A stretch of DNA of 64,000 nt. Source: Myxococcota bacterium (GTDB lineage: Bacteria; Myxococcota_A; SURF-8). The notes under the pieces are model-generated. The model was given only the letters and a program-made list of their open reading frames with translations, did not search any database and had not been told where the DNA came from. Shown piece by piece: positions 40,335 to 50,354 of this stretch; positions within the stretch are counted from its first letter, which is position 1; every line of letters begins with the position of its first letter. The stretch spans positions 2,368,001 to 2,432,000 of the forward strand of contig CAXXQS010000001.1 in assembly GCA_963674735.2 (NCBI GenBank), written 5' to 3'. Both the position numbers and the translations under genes were made by a program.

Positions 40335-41918
40335 TCAGCTCTCCTGAGCCTCGGTCTCCGGTGATTGCTGCAAAGCTCGGTTGAACAGGCCGCGGAAGAT
40401 CACCAGGCCGATGGGGGTAAAGACCGCCATGCCGCCGATCCACAACCACACCATGAAGTGGTCAGGATAGCTTGCCAGTGACTTACCCGCCTCATCAACC
40501 GGGGTGTAAGCGGCCAGCAGTAGCCCCGACATCGGTCCGACGACGAATTTGGCGGCAAACCACGGTAAGATCGACAACGCGATGTACGTGCCTTCTTTGC
40601 CCTTCGGGGCCACCTCGGCGGTGAACTGCATCAGCCGCGGCGACCAGATCGCCTCGCCGATGGTGAACACGAGAATGAAGAAGATCAAGGGCCAGTATTC
40701 CAGTGCCGGAGGAGCAGCCGCCAACGCCGTCATGTTGTCTGCCAGACCCAGCCACTTGATGAAGATCAGTTCGCCCAGCAGCGAGTCGTTCAAAGGCGCG
40801 AAAAACTCGCCGGGAACCGCGGCGATAAAGCAAGAACCGGCCGAAATGGTCGAGCCGATGATCATCATGCGGTACGAGCTGACCTTTTTGGTGAAATAGG
40901 CGATCAACGGTACCAGATAAACCACCAAAACCGGGTTCAGCACGCCGTAAATCGATCCGATCATCGCGCCTTCGCCGAGGACGCGCACGCCGTATTTGGG
41001 GAAGGTGTAATGAAAGTGGAAGAAAATGAAACGTACGAACAGGGTCAAGGCCAGCATGCCGATGAAAATCCAGAAATACCGCTCGCGGATGACATTGGAA
41101 ATCAATTTGCCGGTGGCCACCGCCGCATTGCGGACCGAGGCCAGACCGCTGCCGTAATCCGTGGGAGGATTGAAAATGATCGAACCGTCGTCCAGGCGCT
41201 CGACGCCGTCGCGGATGAAGGTAATCACGAACAACGAAACCAAGGTCGCGCCGAAACCGAATACGAAAAAGAGCTGGTAGCTCGAAAAATGCATGCCCAT
41301 CAGCTCGGTACCAAAATTCTCGTTGATGATCTTACCCAGGTCATCGCGTTCGGCGAAGGTCATGCGCACCCAGTCGAAAAACCAGCCGCCCACGGCGTAT
41401 GCCAGATTCATCACCACGTAAAACAGGCCGAAGCCCATGGCGGCCCCTTCTTTCGTGGTGAAACGCTTGATCGCCACCGAAACCAGCGGGCCCACGATGG
41501 CGAAACCGATCGCCAGGGGAACGAAACCCAGGATGAAGATCAGTACCGGATCGGTCATCCATGCCATGAAGAATCGTGAAATAAGCAGAAATATCACGGA
41601 CATAAACAAAGTCCGTCGCATACCGATGGTGTCGACCAGTGCGCCCGCCACCATCGCAATCACCGAGAGCATCATGGACCAGGCCGCAATGTACGACCCG
41701 GCGGCGACGTCACCCAGGCCGCAATCACGCGACAGCCACAGAATGATGGCCATATTCATCGCCGCATAGGAGCTGTACTCGATGATTTTGTAGATGAACA
41801 AAAACCACATGTCGCGCGGCGATCCCCGTAAGCCCTTAGAGTAACTGTGTATAATGACAAAGAGCGTAAGCAGAGCGCCGACGACCAGCGAATAAGTAAC
41901 GAAATCAACCAACGGCAT
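40335..41918 (-). CDS. MFS transporter (POT/peptide-like)
   Basis: 12 or more TM helices, GALVDTIGMRRT, GFGLFYVVMNL, TIGEAIWSPR, APKGKEGTY. Confidence 0.85.
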   Translation of the reverse strand: MPLVDFVTYSLVVGALLTLFVIIHSYSKGLRGSPRDMWFLFIYKIIEYSSYAAMNMAIILWLSRDCGLGDVAAGSYIAAWSMMLSVIAMVAGALVDTIGMRRTLFMSVIFLLISRFFMAWMTDPVLIFILGFVPLAIGFAIVGPLVSVAIKRFTTKEGAAMGFGLFYVVMNLAYAVGGWFFDWVRMTFAERDDLGKIINENFGTELMGMHFSSYQLFFVFGFGATLVSLFVITFIRDGVERLDDGSIIFNPPTDYGSGLASVRNAAVATGKLISNVIRERYFWIFIGMLALTLFVRFIFFHFHYTFPKYGVRVLGEGAMIGSIYGVLNPVLVVYLVPLIAYFTKKVSSYRMMIIGSTISAGSCFIAAVPGEFFAPLNDSLLGELIFIKWLGLADNMTALAAAPPALEYWPLIFFILVFTIGEAIWSPRLMQFTAEVAPKGKEGTYIALSILPWFAAKFVVGPMSGLLLAAYTPVDEAGKSLASYPDHFMVWLWIGGMAVFTPIGLVIFRGLFNRALQQSPETEAQES

Positions 41919-42144
41919 AACAACTCCAGTCCGGTTCAGGATGAGTGAAGAGCTTCCACACGACTGTGCCGCCAGACGTTACTCAGTTTTTCCCGAAAGC
42001 TCAAGAAAAACCGGACAAAGTTTTTATATTGCGTTTCACGTAATAACGATTTCAAGATGCGAGAGTCGTTTTCATTCGCCCGCGCCGTTTTAACCGAGGT
42101 TGCCGATGGTCGGGAGACGCGCTGCAGCGGTGGGAAGCAATTGG

Positions 42145-42188
42145 CCCTCTCCTGCGAGAGAGGGTCCGCGAAGCGGAGGGGTGAGGGT
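42145..42188. repeat. Solitary REP-like palindromic element
   Basis: CCCTCTC-CTGC-GAGAGAGGG, then TCCGC-GAA-GCGGA, then GGGGTGAGGG; same layout as the palindromes at 44820-44861. Confidence 0.55.
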
Positions 42189-42319
42189 TCGTTGCCGGGA
42201 ACCCGTCGCAGACGCGCGCCAACCTGCTAGCGGATGGGTGAGAACTCGGACAAACCCGTCCCATGAAAAAAGCCGGCACGACGACCGGCTTTGTCTTTCA
42301 AAATCCTGCGGATTCAGGT

Positions 42320-43438
42320 TTACGACGGCAGCAGCCGACCCTCGGGGGACTGCATCAGTCGGCGGAAATGCTCGACGAACGCCACGTTGTCTTCGTGCAA
42401 ACCGGTGTTGACGCGGATGGCCCGCTCGCCGATGGGACGCACGATGACGCCCGCCTTCTGCAATTCCTCGAACAGCCAAACCGCCCGTTTTTCGGTAACG
42501 ATCAGCAGGAAATTGGTTTGCGAAGGGGGCATCGTGATTGGCAGATCCTGCAGGTTTTCGCGCAGATAGGCCAGCTCGACCGTGTTGTAGTCGCGCACCT
42601 TGGCCACGAACTCGTGGTCGTCGAGCGCGGCCATGCCCGCCGCCAGAGCGACCAGGTTGGCGTTGAAGGGCGTCCGCACCAGGTTGATACCCTGGATGAT
42701 GTCGGCCGGTCCGATGCCGTAGCCGATGCGTACGCCCGCCAGGCCGTAAGCTTTGGAAAGCGTGCGTAGATACAAGATACGCCGTCCGGCGTGGAAATAC
42801 GGCATGGGGTCGGGCAGATCGTCTACGGTGACATACTCGCTGTAGGCACAGTCGTACACCACCAGCGTGTCTTCCGGCACCTTCGCCATGAAGGCGTCGA
42901 ATTCGGCTTGGTTGAACCAGGTGCCGGTGGGGTTGGTCGGATTGGCTAAAAAGACAACCTTGGTCGCGGGTTCGATCAGAGCGGCCAGAGCGTCGAGGTC
43001 GTAGCGGAAGCCGCCGTCGATCATGGGAGCCATTTTCAGCACGGCCCCGGCCTTCTGCGCCACTTTTTCGTACATGGCGAAGGTTTTCTGCGAGGTGACG
43101 ACTTGATCGCCCGGGTTCAGAAACGCGATTCCGATCTGCTCCAGAATCTCCACCGATCCCGATCCGATAATCACGTTTTCGAGATCGCAGTTGTAAAGCT
43201 CGCTCAGTTTTTGCTTAAAATAGTAGGCATTGTCGTCGGGATAGTAGGCCACCTGCTCGACCGCGTCATGCATGGCGGCCAGGGCTTTGGGCGACGTTCC
43301 CATGGGGTTTTCATTGGAGGCCAGTTTGGCGATACGGCCGGTGAGACCGTACTGTCGGCGGACTTCCTCGATGGGTTTGCCGGTCGTGTAGGGTTTGAAA
43401 GCCAACAGGGGTTCACGCAGCAGATTCTTCGGGGACAT
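42320..43438 (-). CDS. hisC: Histidinol-phosphate aminotransferase
   Basis: KLASNENP, YPD, ANPTNPTG, LRTLSKAYGLAGVRIGY, PSQTNF; ATG 43438 after AAGGAG. Confidence 0.93.
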   Translation of the reverse strand: MSPKNLLREPLLAFKPYTTGKPIEEVRRQYGLTGRIAKLASNENPMGTSPKALAAMHDAVEQVAYYPDDNAYYFKQKLSELYNCDLENVIIGSGSVEILEQIGIAFLNPGDQVVTSQKTFAMYEKVAQKAGAVLKMAPMIDGGFRYDLDALAALIEPATKVVFLANPTNPTGTWFNQAEFDAFMAKVPEDTLVVYDCAYSEYVTVDDLPDPMPYFHAGRRILYLRTLSKAYGLAGVRIGYGIGPADIIQGINLVRTPFNANLVALAAGMAALDDHEFVAKVRDYNTVELAYLRENLQDLPITMPPSQTNFLLIVTEKRAVWLFEELQKAGVIVRPIGERAIRVNTGLHEDNVAFVEHFRRLMQSPEGRLLPS

Positions 43439-43670
43439 CGCAACTCCTTTCCGGCTTGGGTGGCCAAGTGGCCGGTCGTTCGCGCGGCAAGTTATAACGC
43501 AGGCGACAGAGGAGGTCAAGGCGAGTTTTCGATGCCGTCCGGTTCCGCTCCGTTTGCGGCTTTGGAGCCGATTAAATACTCCTGTATTTACAGTAGGTTA
43601 GCTATTACAGACGGAATACTCGATCCGGAATTTGCGGCGGTGAATCGGTCGTTCTTGGGGACAAACTCGC

Positions 43671-44588
43671 TTAGATACTCCGCCGGCGGCGGCGCAAAAC
43701 GGCCATCAATATCAAGCAAACCAGCCAGCCGGGCCAGGCCAAAATTCCGAGGCTGCGGCAGCTCGACGAGCCGGAAGGCTCCGCGTCGTTTTGGGGTTGG
43801 TCGTCCAGGCAAATTTCGCCCGGCGGACAGTCGCTCGGACCCGGTGGCACGGGCGTATTGTCGTCGCCATCGGGCAGCAGACTGCGTTCATCCGCGTCGG
43901 CATTTTCGGCATCGCGGTCCTCGTCGCGGTCGCCGTCGGAGGTGTCGCCGTCGGGGGCGTCGCCGTCGGGTGTATCGCCATCGGAAGCGTCGTCGTCGCG
44001 GTCGCCATCGCTGGCGTCACTGTCGGTGACATCGCCGTCAGGAATCACCGAATCGGGATCGCCGCCACCGGGCACGCATTGCCGATCGACACACACCTCG
44101 CCCGCTTCGCAATCGTCGTTGCCATTGCAATGCTCCTGGCATTCGTGGGATTCGACCACGCAGAAAGAGCCGCTGGGACAATCGGCGTCATTGAGGCAGA
44201 AGCTGTCGTCATCACCCGGCTGCGGCTCGCAGCGGCTGGTATCGGGGTTGCAGTACTCGCCGCTTTCGCATTGGAAATCGAGCTGGCAATAGTAGCGGCA
44301 ATCCCAGCTGCCCACCTCGCAGTAAGTATCCGGAAAATCGGGGCAATCCACCCCGCGACGGCACTCGCCGTCCGGCAGCGCCACGCAAGCCTGCTCGACG
44401 CACCAGGTGCGCGGCGCGCAATCGTCGTTGGACGTGCAATCCGGTTCCGCTTCGAATTCGGCTTCGTTTTCGGTATCCAGATCGCCATCGAGCAGCGCCG
44501 TAGCGCCGTAGACCGGCATGTGCCAAGCGAGCCCGATGATCGAGACGCACAGTGCGGTCACCATCAGCGCCATTCGAGTTACGTACAT
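43671..44588 (-). CDS. Secreted Cys-rich repeat protein with DGD linker and MYXO-CTERM-like C-terminal sorting signal
   Basis: ATG 44588 after GGAGG; signal peptide; CxxxxDCxxGxxC repeats; DGD repeats; tail SGSSSC-hydrophobic-RRRRR. Confidence 0.8.
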   Translation of the reverse strand: MYVTRMALMVTALCVSIIGLAWHMPVYGATALLDGDLDTENEAEFEAEPDCTSNDDCAPRTWCVEQACVALPDGECRRGVDCPDFPDTYCEVGSWDCRYYCQLDFQCESGEYCNPDTSRCEPQPGDDDSFCLNDADCPSGSFCVVESHECQEHCNGNDDCEAGEVCVDRQCVPGGGDPDSVIPDGDVTDSDASDGDRDDDASDGDTPDGDAPDGDTSDGDRDEDRDAENADADERSLLPDGDDNTPVPPGPSDCPPGEICLDDQPQNDAEPSGSSSCRSLGILAWPGWLVCLILMAVLRRRRRSI

Positions 44589-44753
44589 AAGAAAACCTCC
44601 GCCTAGCCGTTCACGATGCGACCGTCCTTGACTTTTCAGATTAGCACAATCGTGCAAGCTTGAACAGGATTTGAAAGCAGGGGCAGACCGAAGCTGGCTG
44701 ACATCAAAATGCCTCGTCAACCGGACAGGTGTGGATGCAATCTCGCTCCATCC

Positions 44754-45315
44754 AGGGATCTCGACCACCCCGTCTTCGCTTCGCGAATCCACCCCTCCTT
44801 GGAAAGGAGGGGCTTAATCTCCCCCTTTTCAAGGGGGAGTCCTCCGCAGGAGGGAGGGGGTCATAGCTCAACACAATTTAATATTTCTTCCAGTACCCCT
44901 TCTAAATTTTCATATACATCATTATTTGTGAAGCGAAGAAAGGGATCTCAACCACCCCGTCTTCGCTGCGCGAATCCACCCCTCCTTGGAAAGAAGGGGC
45001 TTAATCTCCCCCTTTTCAAGGGGGAGTCCTCCGCAGGAGGGAGGAGGTCATAGCTCAACACAATTTAATATTTCTTCCAGTACCCCTTCTAAATTTTCAT
45101 ATACATCATTATTTGTGAAGCGAAGAAAGGGATCTCAACCACCCCGTCTTCGCTGCGCGAATCCACCCCTCCTTGGATAAGGAGGGGCTTAATCTCCCCC
45201 TTTTCAAGGGGGAGTCCTCCGCAGGAGGGAGGGGGTCATAGCTCAACACAATTTAATATTTCTTCCAGTACCCCTTCTAAATTTTCATATACATCATTAT
45301 TTGTGAAGCGAAGAA
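44754..45315. repeat. Three tandem 187/187/188-bp units, each made of an inverted REP-like doublet plus the last 80 nt of the DUF559 gene
   Basis: Units begin AGGGATCTC at 44754, 44941 and 45128; unit 3 runs into the intact gene. Confidence 0.95.
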
Positions 45316-45595
45316 AATGAATTCCGAATGATTCGATATATTCTTGTCTTTGTTTATCGTATTCTTCAACTCCTTCTACATAATGTGAATGGCCATCCAG
45401 TTCGATCGCGAGTTTTAACTTTGGACAATAAAAATCAATGATATAAACCCCGACTCCATACTGTCTGCGGAATTTGAGGTTATGGAATTGTTTGTTTTTT
45501 AACTGTGACCACAAAATCACTTCCGCGTTTGGCATATTATTTCTTAAGTCTTTGCGTTTCTGATTATATCGAGAGCGGTTAAAGATTTTACCCAT
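45236..45595 (-). CDS. DUF559 (Vsr-like PD-(D/E)xK) endonuclease-domain protein
   Basis: LRNNMPNAEVILWSQLK, KFRRQ, YIIDFYCPKLKLAIELDGHSH, D..R..YIESFGIHFLRFTN; AT-rich. Confidence 0.92.
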   Translation of the reverse strand: MGKIFNRSRYNQKRKDLRNNMPNAEVILWSQLKNKQFHNLKFRRQYGVGVYIIDFYCPKLKLAIELDGHSHYVEGVEEYDKQRQEYIESFGIHFLRFTNNDVYENLEGVLEEILNCVEL

Positions 45596-45702
45596 AATTA
45601 TTAACCCATTCCAAAATTTCTTTTTGATTTCCGATATTACCAAAATCCGGATCTGATTTCGCTTTTTCAATAAATCATCTCGATATTTTTGAGTGAGGTT
45701 TT

Positions 45703-45770
45703 TCTCGACCTCCCCGTCTTCGCTGCGCGAATCCACCCCTCCTTAGAAAGGAGGGGCTGAATCTCCCCCT
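45703..45770. repeat. Fourth, partial copy of the REP-like element on the other side of the DUF559 gene
   Basis: TCTCGACCTCCCCGTCTTCGCTGCGCGAATCCACCCCTCCTTAGAAAGGAGGGGCTGAATCTCCCCCT, a direct repeat of 44759-44826. Confidence 0.9.
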
Positions 45771-46061
45771 AAGCAGGAACGGGGCTCTGTCCTGTTCCGC
45801 ATGTTTGTCCTGATTTTTCCTCGCAACCGGCCCTGCCTGAAACAAGGCGGGAGCCTTGTTTGAAGACAACCCAAGCGAGCAGGACGGGAGCCCTGCTCGA
45901 ACGGAAGTTACGACCGCGACCCCTTCGAGATGCGCTCCTGCACGGGAGGTCATTCTCTGTAGCATTAAATCCCCCCGGCTCCGTTTGCTCCTTGCCCCCT
46001 TCGCCCAATCGGAGTAAGATGAAGGTACACCGCTGGATAGACTCCAACCAGGGGATCGCTC

Positions 46062-46592
46062 ATGCTTCGCGATTGGGTCCGGCAGTTACACAACACACGG
46101 GATTTCCACCGCCGCTACACCGATAAAACCGGCTGCAGCATTCTGCTGCGCCCGGCCCTGCAAAGCGATTTCAGCCGCATTCTCGCCATGTACGACGACT
46201 TCGAGCCCAAAGAGAGCGCCCAGGGACTGCCCTCCGCCGACCCCGAACGCCGCCGCAAGTGGGTGCAGCAGATCCTCGACGAATCGCTCAACGTCATCGC
46301 GCTGGCCGAGGAGCGGGTCACCGGCCACGCCTGCCTGATCGAAATCCCGCCCGGCACGACCAGCGAGTTGGAAATCGCCGTGCACCAGGATTTTCAGGAT
46401 CGCGGTATCGGTTTCGCCCTGCTGCAATCGCTGGTCGGTATCGCGCGCTCCTGCCACTGCTGCCGGATCTGGCTCACGGTGGACGCCATGAACCACCGCG
46501 CCATCCGCATGTACCAGAAATGCGGATTCTGCTTCAAAGGCCCCTTCGACATCGAACGCGATATGGAACTGACGCTCGACAACGCCGAATAA
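46062..46592 (+). CDS. GNAT-family acetyltransferase
   Basis: IAVHQDFQDRGIG, NHRAIRMYQKCGF. Confidence 0.88.
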   Translation: MLRDWVRQLHNTRDFHRRYTDKTGCSILLRPALQSDFSRILAMYDDFEPKESAQGLPSADPERRRKWVQQILDESLNVIALAEERVTGHACLIEIPPGTTSELEIAVHQDFQDRGIGFALLQSLVGIARSCHCCRIWLTVDAMNHRAIRMYQKCGFCFKGPFDIERDMELTLDNAE

Positions 46593-47296
46593 GCCCAGCC
46601 GCAGAACCGCTTTTCGTCGCTTGCGCCCTTTCATCCCCTGGCCGACTGTGGCCGAAATCGCACAAGGGAGACTTGGGAGGGTGGGCCTCATTTTTTGCCC
46701 TGTTGCCGGAAACGACCTCGCTGCGCGATCTGCGCCGTTTACCGGAGGCGTTTTATGCGATTGTTGAAATCATTGGGTTTTTCGGCGTCGAACAGGGGGG
46801 TAAAGTCGTAATCCCAGGAGAATACTAGGTTGGGCGTACTACGTCACATCGGCGGCGCATCGCCAAACCGCTTTCCCTGCGCCCAAGCCCCCAAGCCCAA
46901 ATGACCGGCTTCCCCAATCGAATCGTTTTTCCCTTTAACATCAAATAGATACGCTTTTCATGCGCGCCCGCAAACGGCGTGACGCCCCCGCGTCGACTCG
47001 TAATATGGAGGAGAGTTGTAATACTTATTGTAGTATATTCACTATATTCCATTTAGAATATTTGAAAGAGACACCTTTATCTTACTGATATAATAGGACT
47101 TTCTCTGTTTTGACAAGATGAGGTGTGTCTCTGCAAGAAAACGAGCGGGAAATTCGCAAGATTCGCGTGCAATAACAGCAGCTTGCAAAGGTGCTAGGCG
47201 TCTCGTGGGTAGGTTTACAGCCCGTTTCCGCTTCAGGCCCGAAACGCAGAAGGCCGGCGCAGGTCAAAAGGTCGTTTGTATGACGATTGCCACACG

Positions 47297-49975
47297 TCAC
47301 ACGTTGTCGACAGTCAGATAAAAGCGGATCTCCCGAGCCACGTCGGTCAGCACGTCCATCGACGAATAATCCTCGGCCAGCTCCAAAAAGCGCGCCCGCT
47401 TCTTCTTTTTGGCGGCCTTTTTCTCCTTGCGCGTCAAACCGAAAGACAAGGTTCGCGCCTCGTCTTTTTGCGGCAGGATGGTGACGGTGGTGTCCTCGAA
47501 ATCCTCGTTGCGAACCAGGACACCCTGGTGCAAAAAGTAGGCAATAGCATTTTGGAAGTTGGTTTTCGAGTAAGCCTCGCCGTGCTCGATATCGCCGATC
47601 AAATGCATCTTGCGGCCTTCGTCCATCACAAGCTTCAGGAACTTTTTCTCGCCGATGCGCTTACCCAGAAGCCGCGGCAGCGTTTTGGCCACCACCCAAT
47701 AGCTTTCGAGGAAGTTCAGCAGCGGGCGCTGGAAAAATGGTAGCAGGCGGTCGGCGACGTTGGTGGCGCTGAGATTGCCGTAGCCGTCCTTCACCAGAAT
47801 GCCCTTCTCGTGAAACGCTTCCACCGTCTGGTCGAAAAGCTGGTCGCGCGAAATCGCGGGCGAATGGCTGACTTCATAACGTAATAACTCGGCGAGAAAG
47901 CGCCCACGATCGGCCACGTCTTTTAGCGGAGCTTTCTGTTTTTTGAAAGACAAAAATGCCATGGCCAGATAAGCCGCCGGGGCCACATAATGCAGGATAT
48001 TGTTTTTGTAATAGTCCAGCGCATGGCGGTGGCTGTCGTTGATGGTGTAAACCACTTCGTTTCCGATGGTATGGCCCTGGATGCTGCCCTCGCGGCGCAG
48101 AACGTCGATAGCTTCGCCCACGGCGAACAGCGAATTATCGAGACTATTGGAAAGCGGCGCCCCGATATCGCGCAGGTATTGCAGAATGATTTCCACGTTA
48201 TCCATGAGCTTTTTCTGCGTCACACCCTTGCGGCTCGACGCCAGAAGCGCCAGCGATACCACCGCCGAAGGCGTCACGGTGGTGGCCTGATTGATGCGTG
48301 CGATCACGTCGAAACCCAGTTCCTGTATCAGCTGACGGCGCTGCGGCTCGGTGATCGTCGCCGGATCGAAGCCGAGGCGCTCGACGAAATCGCGGATCGA
48401 AATCGGTTCGCCCATCTGCTGATAGAGCGCGCCGTAACGGAATTTGAAGGCATCGAACACCTTCAGCAGGCTCGATGTGCTTTCGCGTTTTTTTTCGCCG
48501 CCGCTCAGCTCGTGCGAATACGAGCCTTCCTCGATGAGCTTGGAATAGATCAACGCAATGGGAATGAAGGTGATGTCGCGGGTCGGATTTTTCAGATAGG
48601 CATCGACGTAAATCGACAGAATGCCGAATTTGGGCCGCAGCAACTTGCCCGTGCGCGAGCGTCCGCCTTCGATGAAAAACTCCTGGGCGTAGCCCTCCCA
48701 CAACATGCGCGAGAGGTACTGGCGCAAGAGCGTGGCATACAATCGGTTGCCTTTGAACGAGCGACGAATGAAGATAGCGCCCATACGGCGGAACATGAAC
48801 CCCATCGGCCAGAAGCTCAGGTTTTCGCCCGCGATGATGTGCGGCGGGAAAATGCCCACCTGCAAACACAACCAGCTCCAGGTCAGGTAATCCATGTGCG
48901 ACTTGTGGCTCGGCACATACACCACCGGGCCGCGTTTGAGATACTCGCGGATGCGTTCCATCCCTTTTTCGTCGATCACAACCGGTTGATAGAGCCGTTT
49001 AAACGCCGCCGACATGGCCATGGCGGCCGATTGCACGAAGCTGTACTTATAGTCGGCGGCCATGAAGTCCAGTTCCTTGGCGGCCTCCGCCGCGACTTCG
49101 TCGACCGGACGACGGTCGGCCGCGGCCACATCGGCGATCACCTCCTGCACCGTTTCGGAGTTGAGCACCGATTCCAGAATCCAGGTGCGCGGCTTGGTCA
49201 TGGGCCCCGCCGCCGCAACGCGTTCTTCGGTGAAGAACTGGAACAGCCGCCAGCGGATTTCCTTCACCGGGTCTTTGCCGTGCTCGGCAAAGCTGTCGCT
49301 GGTCCAGTCGGATAAGCGGATGGCTTCGCCCGAGCGAATGAAAGCCGAGCGGAAATTGCGCAGAAATATGATGATGCGCCGCAGGCGACCGGGCTGCAGG
49401 GAGTTGCCGAAAAAGACGTCCCACACCGATTTCATCATCGACACTGGGCGTTTGGACCAGATGGTGATGTGCGGCATCAGGTAAAGGGGCGTCTCGCTGT
49501 CTTTTTGCATCGTCAGCAGGCGCTGAATTTCGTCGATCTGGCGCTCGGCGCGAATGCTCAGGAAGCTGCCGCGCGGCTGCAGAAAGACCAGGGTTTGCTT
49601 GCCCACCGCAACCGGTTCGACCAAAACGCGCTCCCGGCGTCCCGACCCGCGTCCGATCAGCCGCCGCAGGCCGTAAATCAGGCGATGAAACCCGTTGCGC
49701 TCGGGATAAAAGAGCGCCGGAAAACCGTGCTGAATCAGGTAATAGGTGAAGATCAAGTATTCCAGGTAGCTGCTGTATTGAAAAACGTGGACCACCGCGC
49801 CCTTTTCCAGGTACTGGCGGATGCGGCCGATATTTTTTCGGTGGAATTTGATGCGGGCGAACAACGGCCCCAGAAGCCAGATCCAAAAGCGTGTCATCCA
49901 GGGCAGTCGGCGACGCGCCTCATCGGGAGACGGCGTGATGATGCTCTCATCCAGGATGTCGGTCTGTTCCGTCAT
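47297..49975 (-). CDS. plsB: Glycerol-3-phosphate O-acyltransferase (PlsB family)
   Basis: PSHKSHMDY (HX4D), GAIFIRRSF, FFIEGGRSRTGKLL; start at ATG 49975 or TTG 49990. Confidence 0.9.
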   Translation of the reverse strand: MTEQTDILDESIITPSPDEARRRLPWMTRFWIWLLGPLFARIKFHRKNIGRIRQYLEKGAVVHVFQYSSYLEYLIFTYYLIQHGFPALFYPERNGFHRLIYGLRRLIGRGSGRRERVLVEPVAVGKQTLVFLQPRGSFLSIRAERQIDEIQRLLTMQKDSETPLYLMPHITIWSKRPVSMMKSVWDVFFGNSLQPGRLRRIIIFLRNFRSAFIRSGEAIRLSDWTSDSFAEHGKDPVKEIRWRLFQFFTEERVAAAGPMTKPRTWILESVLNSETVQEVIADVAAADRRPVDEVAAEAAKELDFMAADYKYSFVQSAAMAMSAAFKRLYQPVVIDEKGMERIREYLKRGPVVYVPSHKSHMDYLTWSWLCLQVGIFPPHIIAGENLSFWPMGFMFRRMGAIFIRRSFKGNRLYATLLRQYLSRMLWEGYAQEFFIEGGRSRTGKLLRPKFGILSIYVDAYLKNPTRDITFIPIALIYSKLIEEGSYSHELSGGEKKRESTSSLLKVFDAFKFRYGALYQQMGEPISIRDFVERLGFDPATITEPQRRQLIQELGFDVIARINQATTVTPSAVVSLALLASSRKGVTQKKLMDNVEIILQYLRDIGAPLSNSLDNSLFAVGEAIDVLRREGSIQGHTIGNEVVYTINDSHRHALDYYKNNILHYVAPAAYLAMAFLSFKKQKAPLKDVADRGRFLAELLRYEVSHSPAISRDQLFDQTVEAFHEKGILVKDGYGNLSATNVADRLLPFFQRPLLNFLESYWVVAKTLPRLLGKRIGEKKFLKLVMDEGRKMHLIGDIEHGEAYSKTNFQNAIAYFLHQGVLVRNEDFEDTTVTILPQKDEARTLSFGLTRKEKKAAKKKKRARFLELAEDYSSMDVLTDVAREIRFYLTVDNV

Positions 49976-50354
49976 CGGCTTTCCCTTCAAGCTGGTCTCA
50001 CAAGCAGGCCATTTTCGCGCACAGCGCCGATTAAATCAAGCGATTTTCCGCAGGCCAGGTCGCTGCGACGCGCCGGACATTCGACCTAAACCTCTGAATA
50101 AAGGTGGGTTTCACGGCTTTGGCGCGACGAACGACCGGCCGAGCCCGTGGCGGGGCCGCTCTTTATAACCGGTGGATGCGAAGGCATATTCCCGAACAAA
50201 GCATGCGGGTTCCCTGGGGGCAGGGCGGATCATTTTGACTTGCCATCCCACGCCCATTTGTTATAGTTGCGACGCATGTTCAGTCAGACAACCGAAACGG
50301 CGGCGCGGGGTTGTGCGTTTCCTGGTTGGAGTATCATTTAGGAGGGTGTAGGAA

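Noticed and set aside
44589-44792. N-terminal extensions starting MDSRSEDG on the ORFs called at 44792 and 45736
   Set aside because: Both begin inside the palindromic repeat. ATG 44588 (with RBS) and ATG 45595 (family-typical length) are better starts.
44754-45315. Repeat-spacer-like array read as CRISPR
   Set aside because: The period is 187 bp and the intervening segments are identical copies of the DUF559 3' end, not unique spacers.
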